The notes beneath the pieces are model-generated. The model was not told the DNA's origin, searched no databases, and worked only from the letters and a program-made list of their open reading frames with translations. DNA of 64,000 nt, taken from the NCBI GenBank assembly GCA_041589455.1, contig JBFHVQ010000005.1, forward strand, positions 41-64,040, read 5' to 3'. Positions 40,094 through 49,787 of the stretch are shown here, piece after piece (within the stretch, counting starts at the first letter, position 1; each line of letters starts with the position of its first letter). This DNA is from Gammaproteobacteria bacterium. GTDB taxonomy: Bacteria; Pseudomonadota; Gammaproteobacteria; SZUA-229. Made by a program: the position numbers and the translations under genes.

Positions 40094-40621
40094 TCATTTT
40101 TTCACGCTATCTTTAAATCCAATTAATGGCGCATATTTGACTCGAACATTTTTTATCCACATTTCAAGTTGGATTTTATTTTTTCTTTTTTTATCATCCC
40201 AGCTATAAGTTTTAATATCTAGAAATCTCATAGTATCATCTTTATACGAAACTGAAGGACTACCTAACCTTGCAGTGTATAGTTTTTTAAATTCACTAAA
40301 TAACTTTTCTTTATCTTCATCACTCCTTAATGGTTCCCCATCATATTCTTCTGAATTCATCCAAATCTCTTTTAAACTACTATTTTCACTGTAATTACCA
40401 GTAAACCAGTATCTAACTTTCATCACCTGATTAAACATAATATAATCAGCCTTAACAGCACAACTGACTTCACACTTCAAAGACTTTTTTTCCAGTTCAT
40501 TTTTGTTATCATTCATTAATGAATCAGCAGTCATACCCCACTCAGAAAACAAAACTCCTGCATTAACCATTACTGGCGAACTAAAGAAAAACATTACTAA
40601 CAAAACATATCGCGAATTCAC
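40094..40621 (-). CDS. Secreted hypothetical protein (175 aa), Lys/Asn-rich, in an AT-rich tract
   Basis: GTG start with a plausible signal peptide (MNSRYVLLVMFFFSSPVMVNA). I recognise no family. Confidence 0.55.
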   Translation of the reverse strand: MNSRYVLLVMFFFSSPVMVNAGVLFSEWGMTADSLMNDNKNELEKKSLKCEVSCAVKADYIMFNQVMKVRYWFTGNYSENSSLKEIWMNSEEYDGEPLRSDEDKEKLFSEFKKLYTARLGSPSVSYKDDTMRFLDIKTYSWDDKKRKNKIQLEMWIKNVRVKYAPLIGFKDSVKK

Positions 40622-40643
40622 AAAATAAACCTAACTAATCTCT

Positions 40644-40688
40644 CAATTAAAACAATTAAAACAATTAAAACAATTAAAACAATTAAAA
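40644..40688. repeat. 9-bp perfect tandem repeat (caattaaaa x5) 23-67 nt upstream of the start codon of the 40094-40621 gene
   Basis: Read directly. Confidence 0.95.
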
Positions 40689-41631
40689 CAAAGAATATAT
40701 TATTTTAAAACTTCTGATTTAACTATTAAACAATCTCATATTTCTTCATAACCACATGTTATATCCAAGCAATTTTTTTAACCTAAAAATTCACTTCTTT
40801 TTTTGTAAATATAATCTAAATATATCACCTGAATGACCAAGAAAATCAATATCAGAAATTGAACCGGCTATAAATTAATCTTGCCTGTCCGCTGCTAAAA
40901 AAGGTAAGTCCATTTGGCTATAAATTAAAGCATTCTTATAATATCACTGATAATATTCTTCATCTACTAGTCATATCACTAGTGCAACACAAAGTCATTA
41001 TATGCCAAAAATAAACCACCAATACAACTGTGTTCCCTGCACTGCCATGACAAACGCATGTTCTATCCTCTTAAATGACTGCAATCTTAATCATCATTTC
41101 TAGCATCTTATCCAGATAACTTTGATATTTCGCTATCAGTAAAATAATTCGGCTGTATTCATCGTCTTATACGATGAATTCATAGTGAACTGGGTCCAGC
41201 ATTTTTACCCATCAACTCAATCTTTCATACACACGGGTAGACAAACAGCTGTTCTGGTGCCTTGCTGGAAAGCTAGGCTAGATCTATGCTGAAATACTCA
41301 ATCAAGAGCCCCTGTGAAGCTCGACTTACTGTATTATCAACTATATACCATGTCATATAAACATTACGGCGAGTTTTTCCCAGTGAAATAAATGTTGCTT
41401 ACCATTGGTGATTTTGAGGATAATATAGATCTTTAATGAGCGACAAACTTTAAAGACATCAGTCGCTAGACTAGATTAATACCCTTGTCTTTCTCTGCCA
41501 CTTTACTGTTTGTCTGCTTTTGTTGTTCTTAGTGCCCAGCCATGAGCTATTTATGAAACAACATTGCGCACTATGAAACACAACAGGGCAATATACATTA
41601 TATACTTATAATTCAAACACTTGGGTGAACC

Positions 41632-42111
41632 ATGAAACAAGTCAACGTATTATTCATCTGCATGGGCAATATCTGTCGCTCACCTACTGCCGAAGGTGTA
41701 TTCCGCCATACTGTCAATGAAGCCGGGCTTAACGAGAAAATTCATATTGATTCTGCAGGCACCCACGCATATCACGTAGGGCAGGAACCTGACAAAAGAG
41801 CGCAGGCCGCAGCACTTCAACGAGGCATAGACCTCAGCAATCAGCGCGCTCGTAAAGTAGAAGAACAAGATTTTGAGCAATTTGATTATATAATCGCAAT
41901 GGACCACAGTAATCACAGCGATCTGATTCATATAGCGAAAGACAAGGCAAAAAATCTGCATATGTTTTTAAATTTTGCTGACAAATTCAGCGAAGAAGAA
42001 GTACCTGATCCTTATTATGGTGGAGAACAGGGCTTCAAACATGTTCTAGATCTAGTGGAAGATGCATCTAATGGCTTATTGCAACATATCCGTGAAAACC
42101 ATTCTATTTAA
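41632..42111 (+). CDS. Low-molecular-weight protein-tyrosine phosphatase
   Basis: P-loop CMGNICRSP at residues 10-18 and the DPYYG Asp-loop; 159 aa. Confidence 0.9.
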   Translation: MKQVNVLFICMGNICRSPTAEGVFRHTVNEAGLNEKIHIDSAGTHAYHVGQEPDKRAQAAALQRGIDLSNQRARKVEEQDFEQFDYIIAMDHSNHSDLIHIAKDKAKNLHMFLNFADKFSEEEVPDPYYGGEQGFKHVLDLVEDASNGLLQHIRENHSI

Positions 42112-42247
42112 ATCTGACTTGTAGATATATCATTCCGATTATCTGCTTCTCAATACTTAATAGCGCTCACCTTAAAACAGCTTTACATAATGGCAGCAAT
42201 TAAGTTGCCATTATTATCAATAAAAAAGATATTGAGTGTTTCGCCAC

Positions 42248-43000
42248 CTATATTCCTTCAGCCCATTTCTGCTGCTCCTCAAGCATTTGTGCTTCCTGCT
42301 GTAACTTACGCATCGCTTCTTCATAGCGCCTGTGTTTAGCCTCTTTACTTAATCGTTCATCTATCTTTTTAGTATCAGGGACTATCAACTTTTCTTGCTT
42401 CTTACTACTTTTCACCGTTTTTTTATCAGGTTCAGACTGACTCTTAACTTTATTTCTTTTAGCATCACTTTCCTGATTATTTTTTTCGATTTTGCGTTGG
42501 ATAGCATCAATTTCGGAATCAACTTCAGTATGACCTAAAGAACTTGCCTGCGACAGTAGGGCCAATGCTTTAACCAGGTCCGTTTTAACATGCACTCCAT
42601 TATGACGCATCTGTCCTAACAGTATTAATGCATTTGCATCCGCCAGACTCGCCTGTTCCTGAAGCTTATCAAACCACTGTCCGTGTTTCTTCTGATCAAA
42701 TCCGGATTGAATAATTTCAAGATAGATTAATCGGTTAATAGCAGGCACATATTCCTTTTTAGCCGCTTTCTCATACCATATCTTTGCCTGCTCTACACTT
42801 GCTGGAACCGAGACACCAAACTCATAAAGTGTACCCAGTTTATACTGAGCTAGCACATTTCCACGATCAGCCAATTTTTGTTGAAACTGAAAAATACGAC
42901 TGCCAAAGTTTCCAAGCTCAACAGCTTGCAAGTGACTAGACAGAAACAGAAAACCGGTGATGACAGAGATCATTATTGGTGCGCGAGTATAAAAAACCAT
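42248..43000 (-). CDS. Secreted Sel1-repeat (TPR-like) protein with a Lys/Glu-rich C-terminal tail
   Basis: An N-terminal signal or anchor, then Sel1-like units (AQYKLGTLYEFGVSVPASVEQAKIWYEKAA). Confidence 0.75.
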   Translation of the reverse strand: MVFYTRAPIMISVITGFLFLSSHLQAVELGNFGSRIFQFQQKLADRGNVLAQYKLGTLYEFGVSVPASVEQAKIWYEKAAKKEYVPAINRLIYLEIIQSGFDQKKHGQWFDKLQEQASLADANALILLGQMRHNGVHVKTDLVKALALLSQASSLGHTEVDSEIDAIQRKIEKNNQESDAKRNKVKSQSEPDKKTVKSSKKQEKLIVPDTKKIDERLSKEAKHRRYEEAMRKLQQEAQMLEEQQKWAEGI

Positions 43001-43383
43001 TTAAATAACACTTCCATTATTGTTTTAATTTATAATTATTATTAGTGTGTCTTAGCATAAAACTAATCTGTGACTAGCATTAAACCCTCAGCAGATAAAA
43101 ACACATGTAACCTAAACACGAGAACATAATCAAATCCACTTAAACATCACTACAACATATAATCAGCGATATAAAAGTAACCACTTCATTTCATTTAAAC
43201 ATACTCTGTCCACAATGCTAAATAATTCTTTCACGAAACTCATAACAACTGCAATATACAGCTAAATTTTTTATCGACAAAGGAATTTTTCTAAACCAAG
43301 CGAGCATATTCACTCTTTTAACCTGATTGAATAGCCTCTTCACTATATCCTCACTAATTACTCAGATCTTTAGCTCAACAAAT

Positions 43384-43414
43384 AAAAAAGCCCCAGGCTT
43401 TACGCACTGGGGCT
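43384..43414 (-). terminator. Rho-independent terminator of rne
   Basis: On the minus strand it reads AGCCCCAG-loop-CTGGGGCTTTTTTATT, ~30 nt after the stop. Confidence 0.75.
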
Positions 43415-43442
43415 TCTATCAACAACTTATCAAGCATCACCT

Positions 43443-46301
43443 TCAGGATGGAAATTCCCAGGGTTTTGGCTTATCACTTTGAGCTGTTTTTTCTGTAGCA
43501 GGTTTTGTCGCCGCAGGCTGAGCTTGATCAGGCTTGGCTACTGGCTTAGCTACTGGCTTAGCTACTGGCTTAGCTGCTACCGGTTTAGCTCCAGCACCAG
43601 TCGACGACTGAAATTCCCATGGCTTCGGTGCTTCTTTAGCAGTCTTAGGTGCTGCTGACTTAGGCTTTTCTTCCACCGGCTTAGCCGCTTTTACAGGAGC
43701 AGATTTAGACTGTGGCGTATTAGCAGATTTATCTTCATCTGTTGTTTTTGCCGTTTTTTCCTGACGCGGCTTTGGCCGTTCTGTCTTGTCTACTGGTTTG
43801 CTATCTGTAGTTTTAGGCCTTGCTGTTTTTTGAGCTGTTTCTGGTTTTACGCTATCAGTCATATCCTGTTTAGCATTAACCGATATGTCCGATTTACTTT
43901 CTGTTTGTTTAGTAGAAGGTTTCGAAAATTCGGGACTTACTTCAGACGATTTTACCGGCTCACGCGCTGCAGCGGGTTTACCCGATGAAGCACTTTTTTC
44001 TTTTGCTGTTCTATCTGAAGATTTAGGCTCATTTCCAGCACTCTGCTGTTGATCTACTGCAGAATCTGCACCTGATCGCTCCACTTTTTTCTGCGGTGTT
44101 TGCGTCTTTTTTTCTTGCACTTGTGAGGCTGCTTCAACACCACCTTGCTGATTGTCATTGCGAGACTGACCTTGTTGACTCTGGCTTTGCCCCTGCTGGC
44201 CACCCTGACCACGACGACGTCCTCGACCACGACGGTTACCACGTCGATTACCACGCGCTTCCGAGCGCTGCTGATCTTCCGATTCCTGAGCCCCCTGTTG
44301 ATCGTGTTGATCTAACTCCTGCTGCTCATCAGCTTGTTGTTTACGGGGCTGTTGATCACGCTTCGGCTTATTACGATTATCCGCCTTTCCACCACGTCCT
44401 TCCTGGCGACTGGACTGACGATCCTGATTATCATCTGAAGACTTCTGCTGCTGTGAAGTATCCTGCTTACGACCACGTGGTTTGCTGTCACCTCGATTTT
44501 CGTTACGTCTACCACGGCCTCTTCCACGACGCTTATCGCCAGAGCCCGTTCGCTCCTTACGCACAGGCTTTGGCTGCTCTTCAGACTCTGCTTCATCACT
44601 ACCTGAAAGCGCTTTAATAATTCGTGTAAGTAAACCAGGCTTTTTCTTCTCAGACGCAGCAGCATTCTCCTGCTTTTCTACAATAGGTGCTGGCTGTGCT
44701 GGTGTAATCGATTTCACCGCAGGTTGTTCTGCAACGGCGACACCTTCGGTATCACGGCTTGGTATATAAACCTCATCATCCGTTTCAGCCATCTTGTAAG
44801 ATGCCTTACCTTCCAGTTCACGACTTTCAGAGATTCGCACCCGTGTCACATCATAATGTGGTGTTTCCATTGCCGCATTCGCGATAAAGGAAATCTCAAC
44901 ACCGGTACGATTTTCAATTTCAACCAGATCTTTACGCTTTTCATTAAAGACAAAGGTTGAAACCTCAACTGGCACCTGAATAATCACACGCCCTGTATGC
45001 TCTTTTAATGACTCTTCTTCTGCAATACGCAGTAGAGAAAGTGACAGTGACTCAATGTTACGGATAGTGCCGTAACCATTACAGCGTGGACAGACAATTT
45101 GAGTGGCCTCACCCAGAGACGGGCGCAGACGTTGACGCGACATTTCGAGCAGGCCAAAACGTGATATACGACCAATTTGCACGCGTGCTCGGTCCATTTT
45201 GAGCGCTTCACGTAAACGATTTTCAACTGCACGCTGGTTTTTATTGGCCATCATATCGATAAAATCGATAACCACCAGACCGCCAAGGTCACGCAAGCGT
45301 AGCTGACGAGCAATTTCATCTGCTGCTTCAAGATTAGTATTGGTTGCCGTTTCTTCAATATCACTGCCCTTGGTTGCACGAGCTGAGTTAATATCGATAG
45401 AGATAAGCGCTTCAGTATGGTCGATAACAATCGCACCACCCGATGGCAGGCTAACTTCACGCTGGAAAGCCGATTCAATCTGGCCTTCAATCTGGTAACG
45501 ATTAAACAGGGGAACCGAGTCCTGATAAAGTTTCAGCTTCCGTTGACTGTTTGGCATAACCTGCTTGATAAAGTCTTCCGCGGTCTTATAAACATCCGGA
45601 TTATCAATCAGGATCTCACCAATATCATTGCGGAAGTAGTCACGCAACGCGCGGATAATCACGTTACTTTCCTGATAAATCAGGAATGGCGCACTGCGCT
45701 CATCTGCAGCTTTCTGGATCGCATTCCACACCTGAACCTGATAGTCCATATCCCACTGCAGTTCTTCGGTTGCTCGACCTACACCTGCTGTGCGTACGAT
45801 TAAGCCCATGCCCTGTGGAATTTCCAGGCCATTCATCGCTTCACGGATTTCCTTGCGGTCATCCCCTTCAATGCGACGCGATACACCACCCGCACGCGGA
45901 TTGTTTGGCATCAGTACCAGATAGCGCCCAGCCAGTGAAAGGAAGGTTGTGAGTGCTGCTCCTTTATTGCCGCGCTCTTCCTTATCAACCTGCACAATAA
46001 CCTGCTGACCTTCTTTAACCGCGGAGCGAATATCCGGGCGACCAGAGGCATTACGGGCTTCTTCGGTAAAATAGCTGCGGGAAATTTCCTTAAAAGGCAG
46101 GAAGCCATGGCGTTCGGCACCATAATCGACAAAAGCGGCTTCAAGGCTGGGCTCAACGCGGGTGATCGTACCCTTGTATATGCTGGCTTTTTTCTGTTCG
46201 CGAGACGAAACTTCGATATCCAGGTCGTAGAGCTGTTGCCCGTCGACCATGGCTACGCGCGTCTCCTCTTTCTGGAGGGCGTTGATTAAAATACGTTTCA
46301 T
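43443..46301 (-). CDS. rne: Ribonuclease E
   Basis: MKRILINA...S1 domain...a conserved catalytic N-terminal half of ~520 aa, then a ~430-aa low-complexity, Arg-rich, Pro/Lys/Ala-rich scaffold region. Confidence 0.95.
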   Translation of the reverse strand: MKRILINALQKEETRVAMVDGQQLYDLDIEVSSREQKKASIYKGTITRVEPSLEAAFVDYGAERHGFLPFKEISRSYFTEEARNASGRPDIRSAVKEGQQVIVQVDKEERGNKGAALTTFLSLAGRYLVLMPNNPRAGGVSRRIEGDDRKEIREAMNGLEIPQGMGLIVRTAGVGRATEELQWDMDYQVQVWNAIQKAADERSAPFLIYQESNVIIRALRDYFRNDIGEILIDNPDVYKTAEDFIKQVMPNSQRKLKLYQDSVPLFNRYQIEGQIESAFQREVSLPSGGAIVIDHTEALISIDINSARATKGSDIEETATNTNLEAADEIARQLRLRDLGGLVVIDFIDMMANKNQRAVENRLREALKMDRARVQIGRISRFGLLEMSRQRLRPSLGEATQIVCPRCNGYGTIRNIESLSLSLLRIAEEESLKEHTGRVIIQVPVEVSTFVFNEKRKDLVEIENRTGVEISFIANAAMETPHYDVTRVRISESRELEGKASYKMAETDDEVYIPSRDTEGVAVAEQPAVKSITPAQPAPIVEKQENAAASEKKKPGLLTRIIKALSGSDEAESEEQPKPVRKERTGSGDKRRGRGRGRRNENRGDSKPRGRKQDTSQQQKSSDDNQDRQSSRQEGRGGKADNRNKPKRDQQPRKQQADEQQELDQHDQQGAQESEDQQRSEARGNRRGNRRGRGRRRGQGGQQGQSQSQQGQSRNDNQQGGVEAASQVQEKKTQTPQKKVERSGADSAVDQQQSAGNEPKSSDRTAKEKSASSGKPAAAREPVKSSEVSPEFSKPSTKQTESKSDISVNAKQDMTDSVKPETAQKTARPKTTDSKPVDKTERPKPRQEKTAKTTDEDKSANTPQSKSAPVKAAKPVEEKPKSAAPKTAKEAPKPWEFQSSTGAGAKPVAAKPVAKPVAKPVAKPDQAQPAATKPATEKTAQSDKPKPWEFPS
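43531..43578. repeat. 12-bp tandem repeat x4 encoding (AKPV)4 near the RNase E C-terminus
   Basis: ggcttRgctRct x4, read directly. Confidence 0.85.
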
Positions 46302-46650
46302 TAGTATGTAAACCTGATCTGGAAGCTCTCACTGTCTTAACACTACGCACAGTTACTCTGGCGGGCTGACGTCTGTACTGTTTGGGCGGTTGCCCCATTA
46401 ACAGCCAATAGACAGCCACAAGCCATTCTTCCAGTAATGCCGTTGCATCTGGAGTTTGACTGTGTAGTGCTTGTTTTAAATTTTTAAACAGTGTGAGATT
46501 CATGAAATTATTAACTATTGGTAACGGAATTGCTGGCTCCGTCGTACCATCACTAGGGCTCATACACTCGCTTATTCAAACACAGAGCGATAAACCCGGA
46601 TTCTGTTTGCATCATCTGGCTATGCCAATGAGCACGCCTTTAATAGTAGT
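46302..46650 (-). promoter_or_regulatory. Long rne 5-prime leader (probable autoregulatory UTR, by analogy with E. coli rne)
   Basis: More than 300 nt of relatively GC-rich non-coding sequence between rne and the divergent rluC. The 136-aa ORF here (46153-46563) looks spurious. The upstream boundary is not determined. Confidence 0.4.
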
Positions 46651-46903
46651 CCTGATCTATTGATTTACTTGCTCCAACTGGGTGCAATTTATGTAAATCA
46701 TTGATTTTAGGACTGGTAAAAATATTACTATTACCGGAACAACCACAGTTTTGCAAATTGTGACAGGCCGGTCAAGCAGATATTTCACTCCACCTAACTA
46801 TAAGTGCACATTTGCAGTGCATGATTTTTCATTTCAGTGGCCACTCACAACAGATTATTATCACTATATAAAGCTTTACTAAAATATCAGTCGACTCTCT
46901 GGT

Positions 46904-47875
46904 ATGATACGTAACATGACTAATACCCCCAACCAGGCGGCTCATCAAGGCGTAAAACTTGTTGAGATTGGACCTAGAAACGAACAACAAAGGCTCGATA
47001 ATTTCCTTATAAGCCAATTAAAAGGTGTACCCAAAAGTCGTATTTATAAACTGCTCCGCAGTGGTCAGGTTCGCGTCAACAAGGGACGAAAAAAGGCCGA
47101 CTATCGCCTTAAACTGGGTGACAACGTCAGAATCCCACCGGTCAGAACCGCCGAAAAAGACGACGGTAAGGCACCGGCACACCTCATTGAGCGACTTCAG
47201 CAGTCAGTGATCTTCGAAGACTCGCAGATTCTGGTCATTAATAAGCCAGCTGGTATTGCCGTACACAGCGGCAGCAATATTCGCTTTGGTGCCATTGAAA
47301 TGCTAAGGCAGGCCCGCCCTGATGAACCGATGCTGGAGCTGGTACATCGCCTGGACCGTGATACCTCTGGTTGCCTGGTAATTGCTAAAACCCGCAAAGC
47401 ACTGGATCAGCTTCACCAGCACTTTCGTGAAGAAGACGGTGAAATGCAGAAGATTTATCGCGCCATAGTAATGGGGCGCTGGCGGGGAGGCGAAAAACTT
47501 ATCGACGCTCCGCTACTAAAGAACACCCTCAGAGGCGGCGAACGCATGGTTGAAGTGAACAATGCGGGCAAGTCAGCACGTAGCCTGTTTATGCCACTGG
47601 ATTATCAAACCCGGCTTAGCCTGATGGACATAAAACTTTATACCGGTCGCACGCACCAGATACGAGTGCATGCCCAATATACGGGACACCCTATTGCAGG
47701 CGACCCCAAGTACGGAGATTCCGGCTTTAACCAATGGCTTCGCGAAGCGGGTTTTAAGCACATGTTCCTGCATGCCTATCAATTGCAATTTAGCCTGAAT
47801 GGCGAGAACTACAACATTTGCGCTCCACTCGAAGCAGACTGGCAAACCCTGTTAAACCTTAACTCAGAAATATGA
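46904..47875 (+). CDS. rluC: 23S rRNA pseudouridine(955/2504/2580) synthase RluC
   Basis: An S4 domain plus the RluA-family catalytic motif HRLDRDTSG. It is divergent from rne, as in E. coli and Pseudomonas. Confidence 0.88.
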   Translation: MIRNMTNTPNQAAHQGVKLVEIGPRNEQQRLDNFLISQLKGVPKSRIYKLLRSGQVRVNKGRKKADYRLKLGDNVRIPPVRTAEKDDGKAPAHLIERLQQSVIFEDSQILVINKPAGIAVHSGSNIRFGAIEMLRQARPDEPMLELVHRLDRDTSGCLVIAKTRKALDQLHQHFREEDGEMQKIYRAIVMGRWRGGEKLIDAPLLKNTLRGGERMVEVNNAGKSARSLFMPLDYQTRLSLMDIKLYTGRTHQIRVHAQYTGHPIAGDPKYGDSGFNQWLREAGFKHMFLHAYQLQFSLNGENYNICAPLEADWQTLLNLNSEI

Positions 47876-48543
47876 CTATGACTCTCCCTTACCAACTCCT
47901 CATTTTCGACTGGGACGGTACCCTGATGGATTCAGAAGCCCGTATCGTCAATTGCCTGCGCATCGCCAGTGAACTAGCATTTGGTGAGGAGCCTCGTCAT
48001 AACGATGAGCTGAAAGACGTCATTGGTCTTGGCTTACGTGAAGCCCTGAAGAAGCTACACCCTGACTGCACTGAAAACGAACTGCAGATGATGTCAGAGA
48101 GCTATCGCCACCAGTATATGCAGGTCAACGATACCGCATCGGCACTATTTGACGGCGTCGAAAATCTGTTAGGGCGACTTGAGCAACAAGGCTACTGGCT
48201 CGCCATCGCTACCGGTAAAGGCCGACAGGGCCTTGATCAGGTGTTACAACAGACCGGCCTGACCCATCGTTTTCATACAACCCGCTGTGCCTCTGAAACC
48301 TTTTCCAAGCCTCACCCTCTGATGCTGGAAGAAATACTCCAGCAACTAGGCATGGATGTGAAAGACTCACTCATGATTGGCGACACAGAATATGACATGG
48401 AAATGGCCCGAAATGCTGGCATGGATCGTCTTGCAGTTAGCTATGGGGTACACCCACAGGAACGCCTGCAACAGCATCAGCCGATTGGCTGCCTCGAGCA
48501 TATCCAGCAACTGGAAGACTTTCTTAAATCACTGAAGGGCTAG
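47872..48543 (+). CDS. HAD-superfamily hydrolase (phosphoglycolate-phosphatase-like)
   Basis: Motif I is IFDWDGTLMDS. There is a 4-nt overlap with the rluC stop. Confidence 0.8.
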   Translation: MTMTLPYQLLIFDWDGTLMDSEARIVNCLRIASELAFGEEPRHNDELKDVIGLGLREALKKLHPDCTENELQMMSESYRHQYMQVNDTASALFDGVENLLGRLEQQGYWLAIATGKGRQGLDQVLQQTGLTHRFHTTRCASETFSKPHPLMLEEILQQLGMDVKDSLMIGDTEYDMEMARNAGMDRLAVSYGVHPQERLQQHQPIGCLEHIQQLEDFLKSLKG

Positions 48544-48605
48544 CAATATCAGGTCTGGCCGCATACACTTTAACCCCATAATTAATCGTATCAGGAAAGC
48601 GTTAG

Positions 48606-49544
48606 ATGAGTGACAGTCAAAACTGGGAAAAAGAGGTATTAACCTCAATCGCCACCGAAGGCTTAAAAGAGCAAAAGCGTAGTCGTCGCTGGGGCATCTT
48701 TTTTAAACTACTCACCTTTGCTTACCTGTTTATCATACTTATTATGATTTCTTCCGCACCTAACCAGAGCATGCCGAGTCCAGGTGGGAAGCATACCGCA
48801 CTGATTGAGCTTAAAGGCGTCATCGCGCCCGGAGCAGAAGCCAGTGCTGACAATATTGTTAGCGGACTGCGCAATGCGTTCAAGAACCCCAATACCAGAG
48901 GTGTCATTCTGCGTATTAATAGCCCGGGTGGCAGCCCTGTGCAATCTGGTTATATCTATGACGAAATTTTACGCCTCAGGGAAAAGCACCCTGATATACC
49001 TTTATATGCTGTGATCAGCGATATCTGTGCCTCAGGTGGCTATTATGTTGCAGCTGCAGCAGAAAAAATATATGCGGATCAGGCCAGTATTGTTGGTTCC
49101 ATTGGCGTACGCATGGACAACTTTGGTTTTGTGGAAGCCATGAAGAAACTGGGTATTGAACGCCGCACACTGACCGCCGGTGAGAACAAAGCATTACTCG
49201 ACCCCTTCGCGCCAGAAAATCCTGAAGTAACCCAACATCTGACCAGCTTGCTTAAGAGCGTTCATGACCAGTTCATCAATGCTGTCAAACAAGGCCGTGG
49301 TGAACGCCTTAAAGAGGTAGAAGGTATGTTCACAGGCCTAATCTGGACTGGCGATCAGGGTGTTGAAATCGGTCTGGTAGACGAACTTGGTAGTTCAAGT
49401 TATGTAGCTCGTGAAATAATCGGCGCTGAAAATATCGTTGACTTCAGCGTGCAACCTGACTTTTTAGAACGTTTTTCCAAGCAGATCGGTGCACAGGTCG
49501 CAAACCTGCTGGTGGAACAACAACTGACACCGTCCCTACACTAA
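48606..49544 (+). CDS. sppA: Signal peptide peptidase SppA, 36K type (S49 family)
   Basis: An N-terminal TM helix, then INSPGGS and ASGGYY motifs. It sits downstream of rluC-HAD, as in Pseudomonas. Confidence 0.8.
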   Translation: MSDSQNWEKEVLTSIATEGLKEQKRSRRWGIFFKLLTFAYLFIILIMISSAPNQSMPSPGGKHTALIELKGVIAPGAEASADNIVSGLRNAFKNPNTRGVILRINSPGGSPVQSGYIYDEILRLREKHPDIPLYAVISDICASGGYYVAAAAEKIYADQASIVGSIGVRMDNFGFVEAMKKLGIERRTLTAGENKALLDPFAPENPEVTQHLTSLLKSVHDQFINAVKQGRGERLKEVEGMFTGLIWTGDQGVEIGLVDELGSSSYVAREIIGAENIVDFSVQPDFLERFSKQIGAQVANLLVEQQLTPSLH

Positions 49545-49556
49545 TCACTAATTCAT

Positions 49557-49586
49557 GCCCTGCAGACAGTAGATTCTCTGCAGGGC
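49557..49586 (+). terminator. Perfect 10-bp stem hairpin (GCCCTGCAGA / TCTGCAGGGC) 13 nt after sppA; no U-tract
   Basis: Read directly. Confidence 0.35.
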
Positions 49587-49787
49587 AGTCCACTTAGCCT
49601 ACCTTCGCCTGCTCAGCCACATCCCTCACAACCTGTCTCACATTAACCTCCCAAGACTGTGATTTTATTAAAAAAGTTTGAATTAATTATGGCGAGCATG
49701 GAGCCGAACGACTATGATCTATGCTAGACCTTTTAAGGCCCGGCATCAGCCTGTGGCTAAGGAAATATAATTATAATCGGGGGATGA

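Noticed and set aside
40644-40688. Possible CRISPR array
   Set aside because: The units are only 9 bp long and directly abutting, with no spacers. There are no cas genes in the window, so this is a simple tandem repeat.
38378-41631. Calling the AT-rich tract a genomic island or mobile element
   Set aside because: I saw no integrase, transposase, tRNA attachment site or flanking direct repeats. Only the composition, judged by eye, is unusual, so it is reported as an observation and not as a mobile element.
44054-45952. Multiple 66-173-aa ORFs on both strands inside rne
   Set aside because: These are out-of-frame or antisense ORFs within the well-supported RNase E gene. Several arise from its low-complexity C-terminal region.
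46153-46563. 136-aa minus-strand ORF overlapping the rne start
   Set aside because: It overlaps the rne N-terminus out of frame and extends into the leader. The sequence is not protein-like and is better explained as a structured 5-prime UTR.
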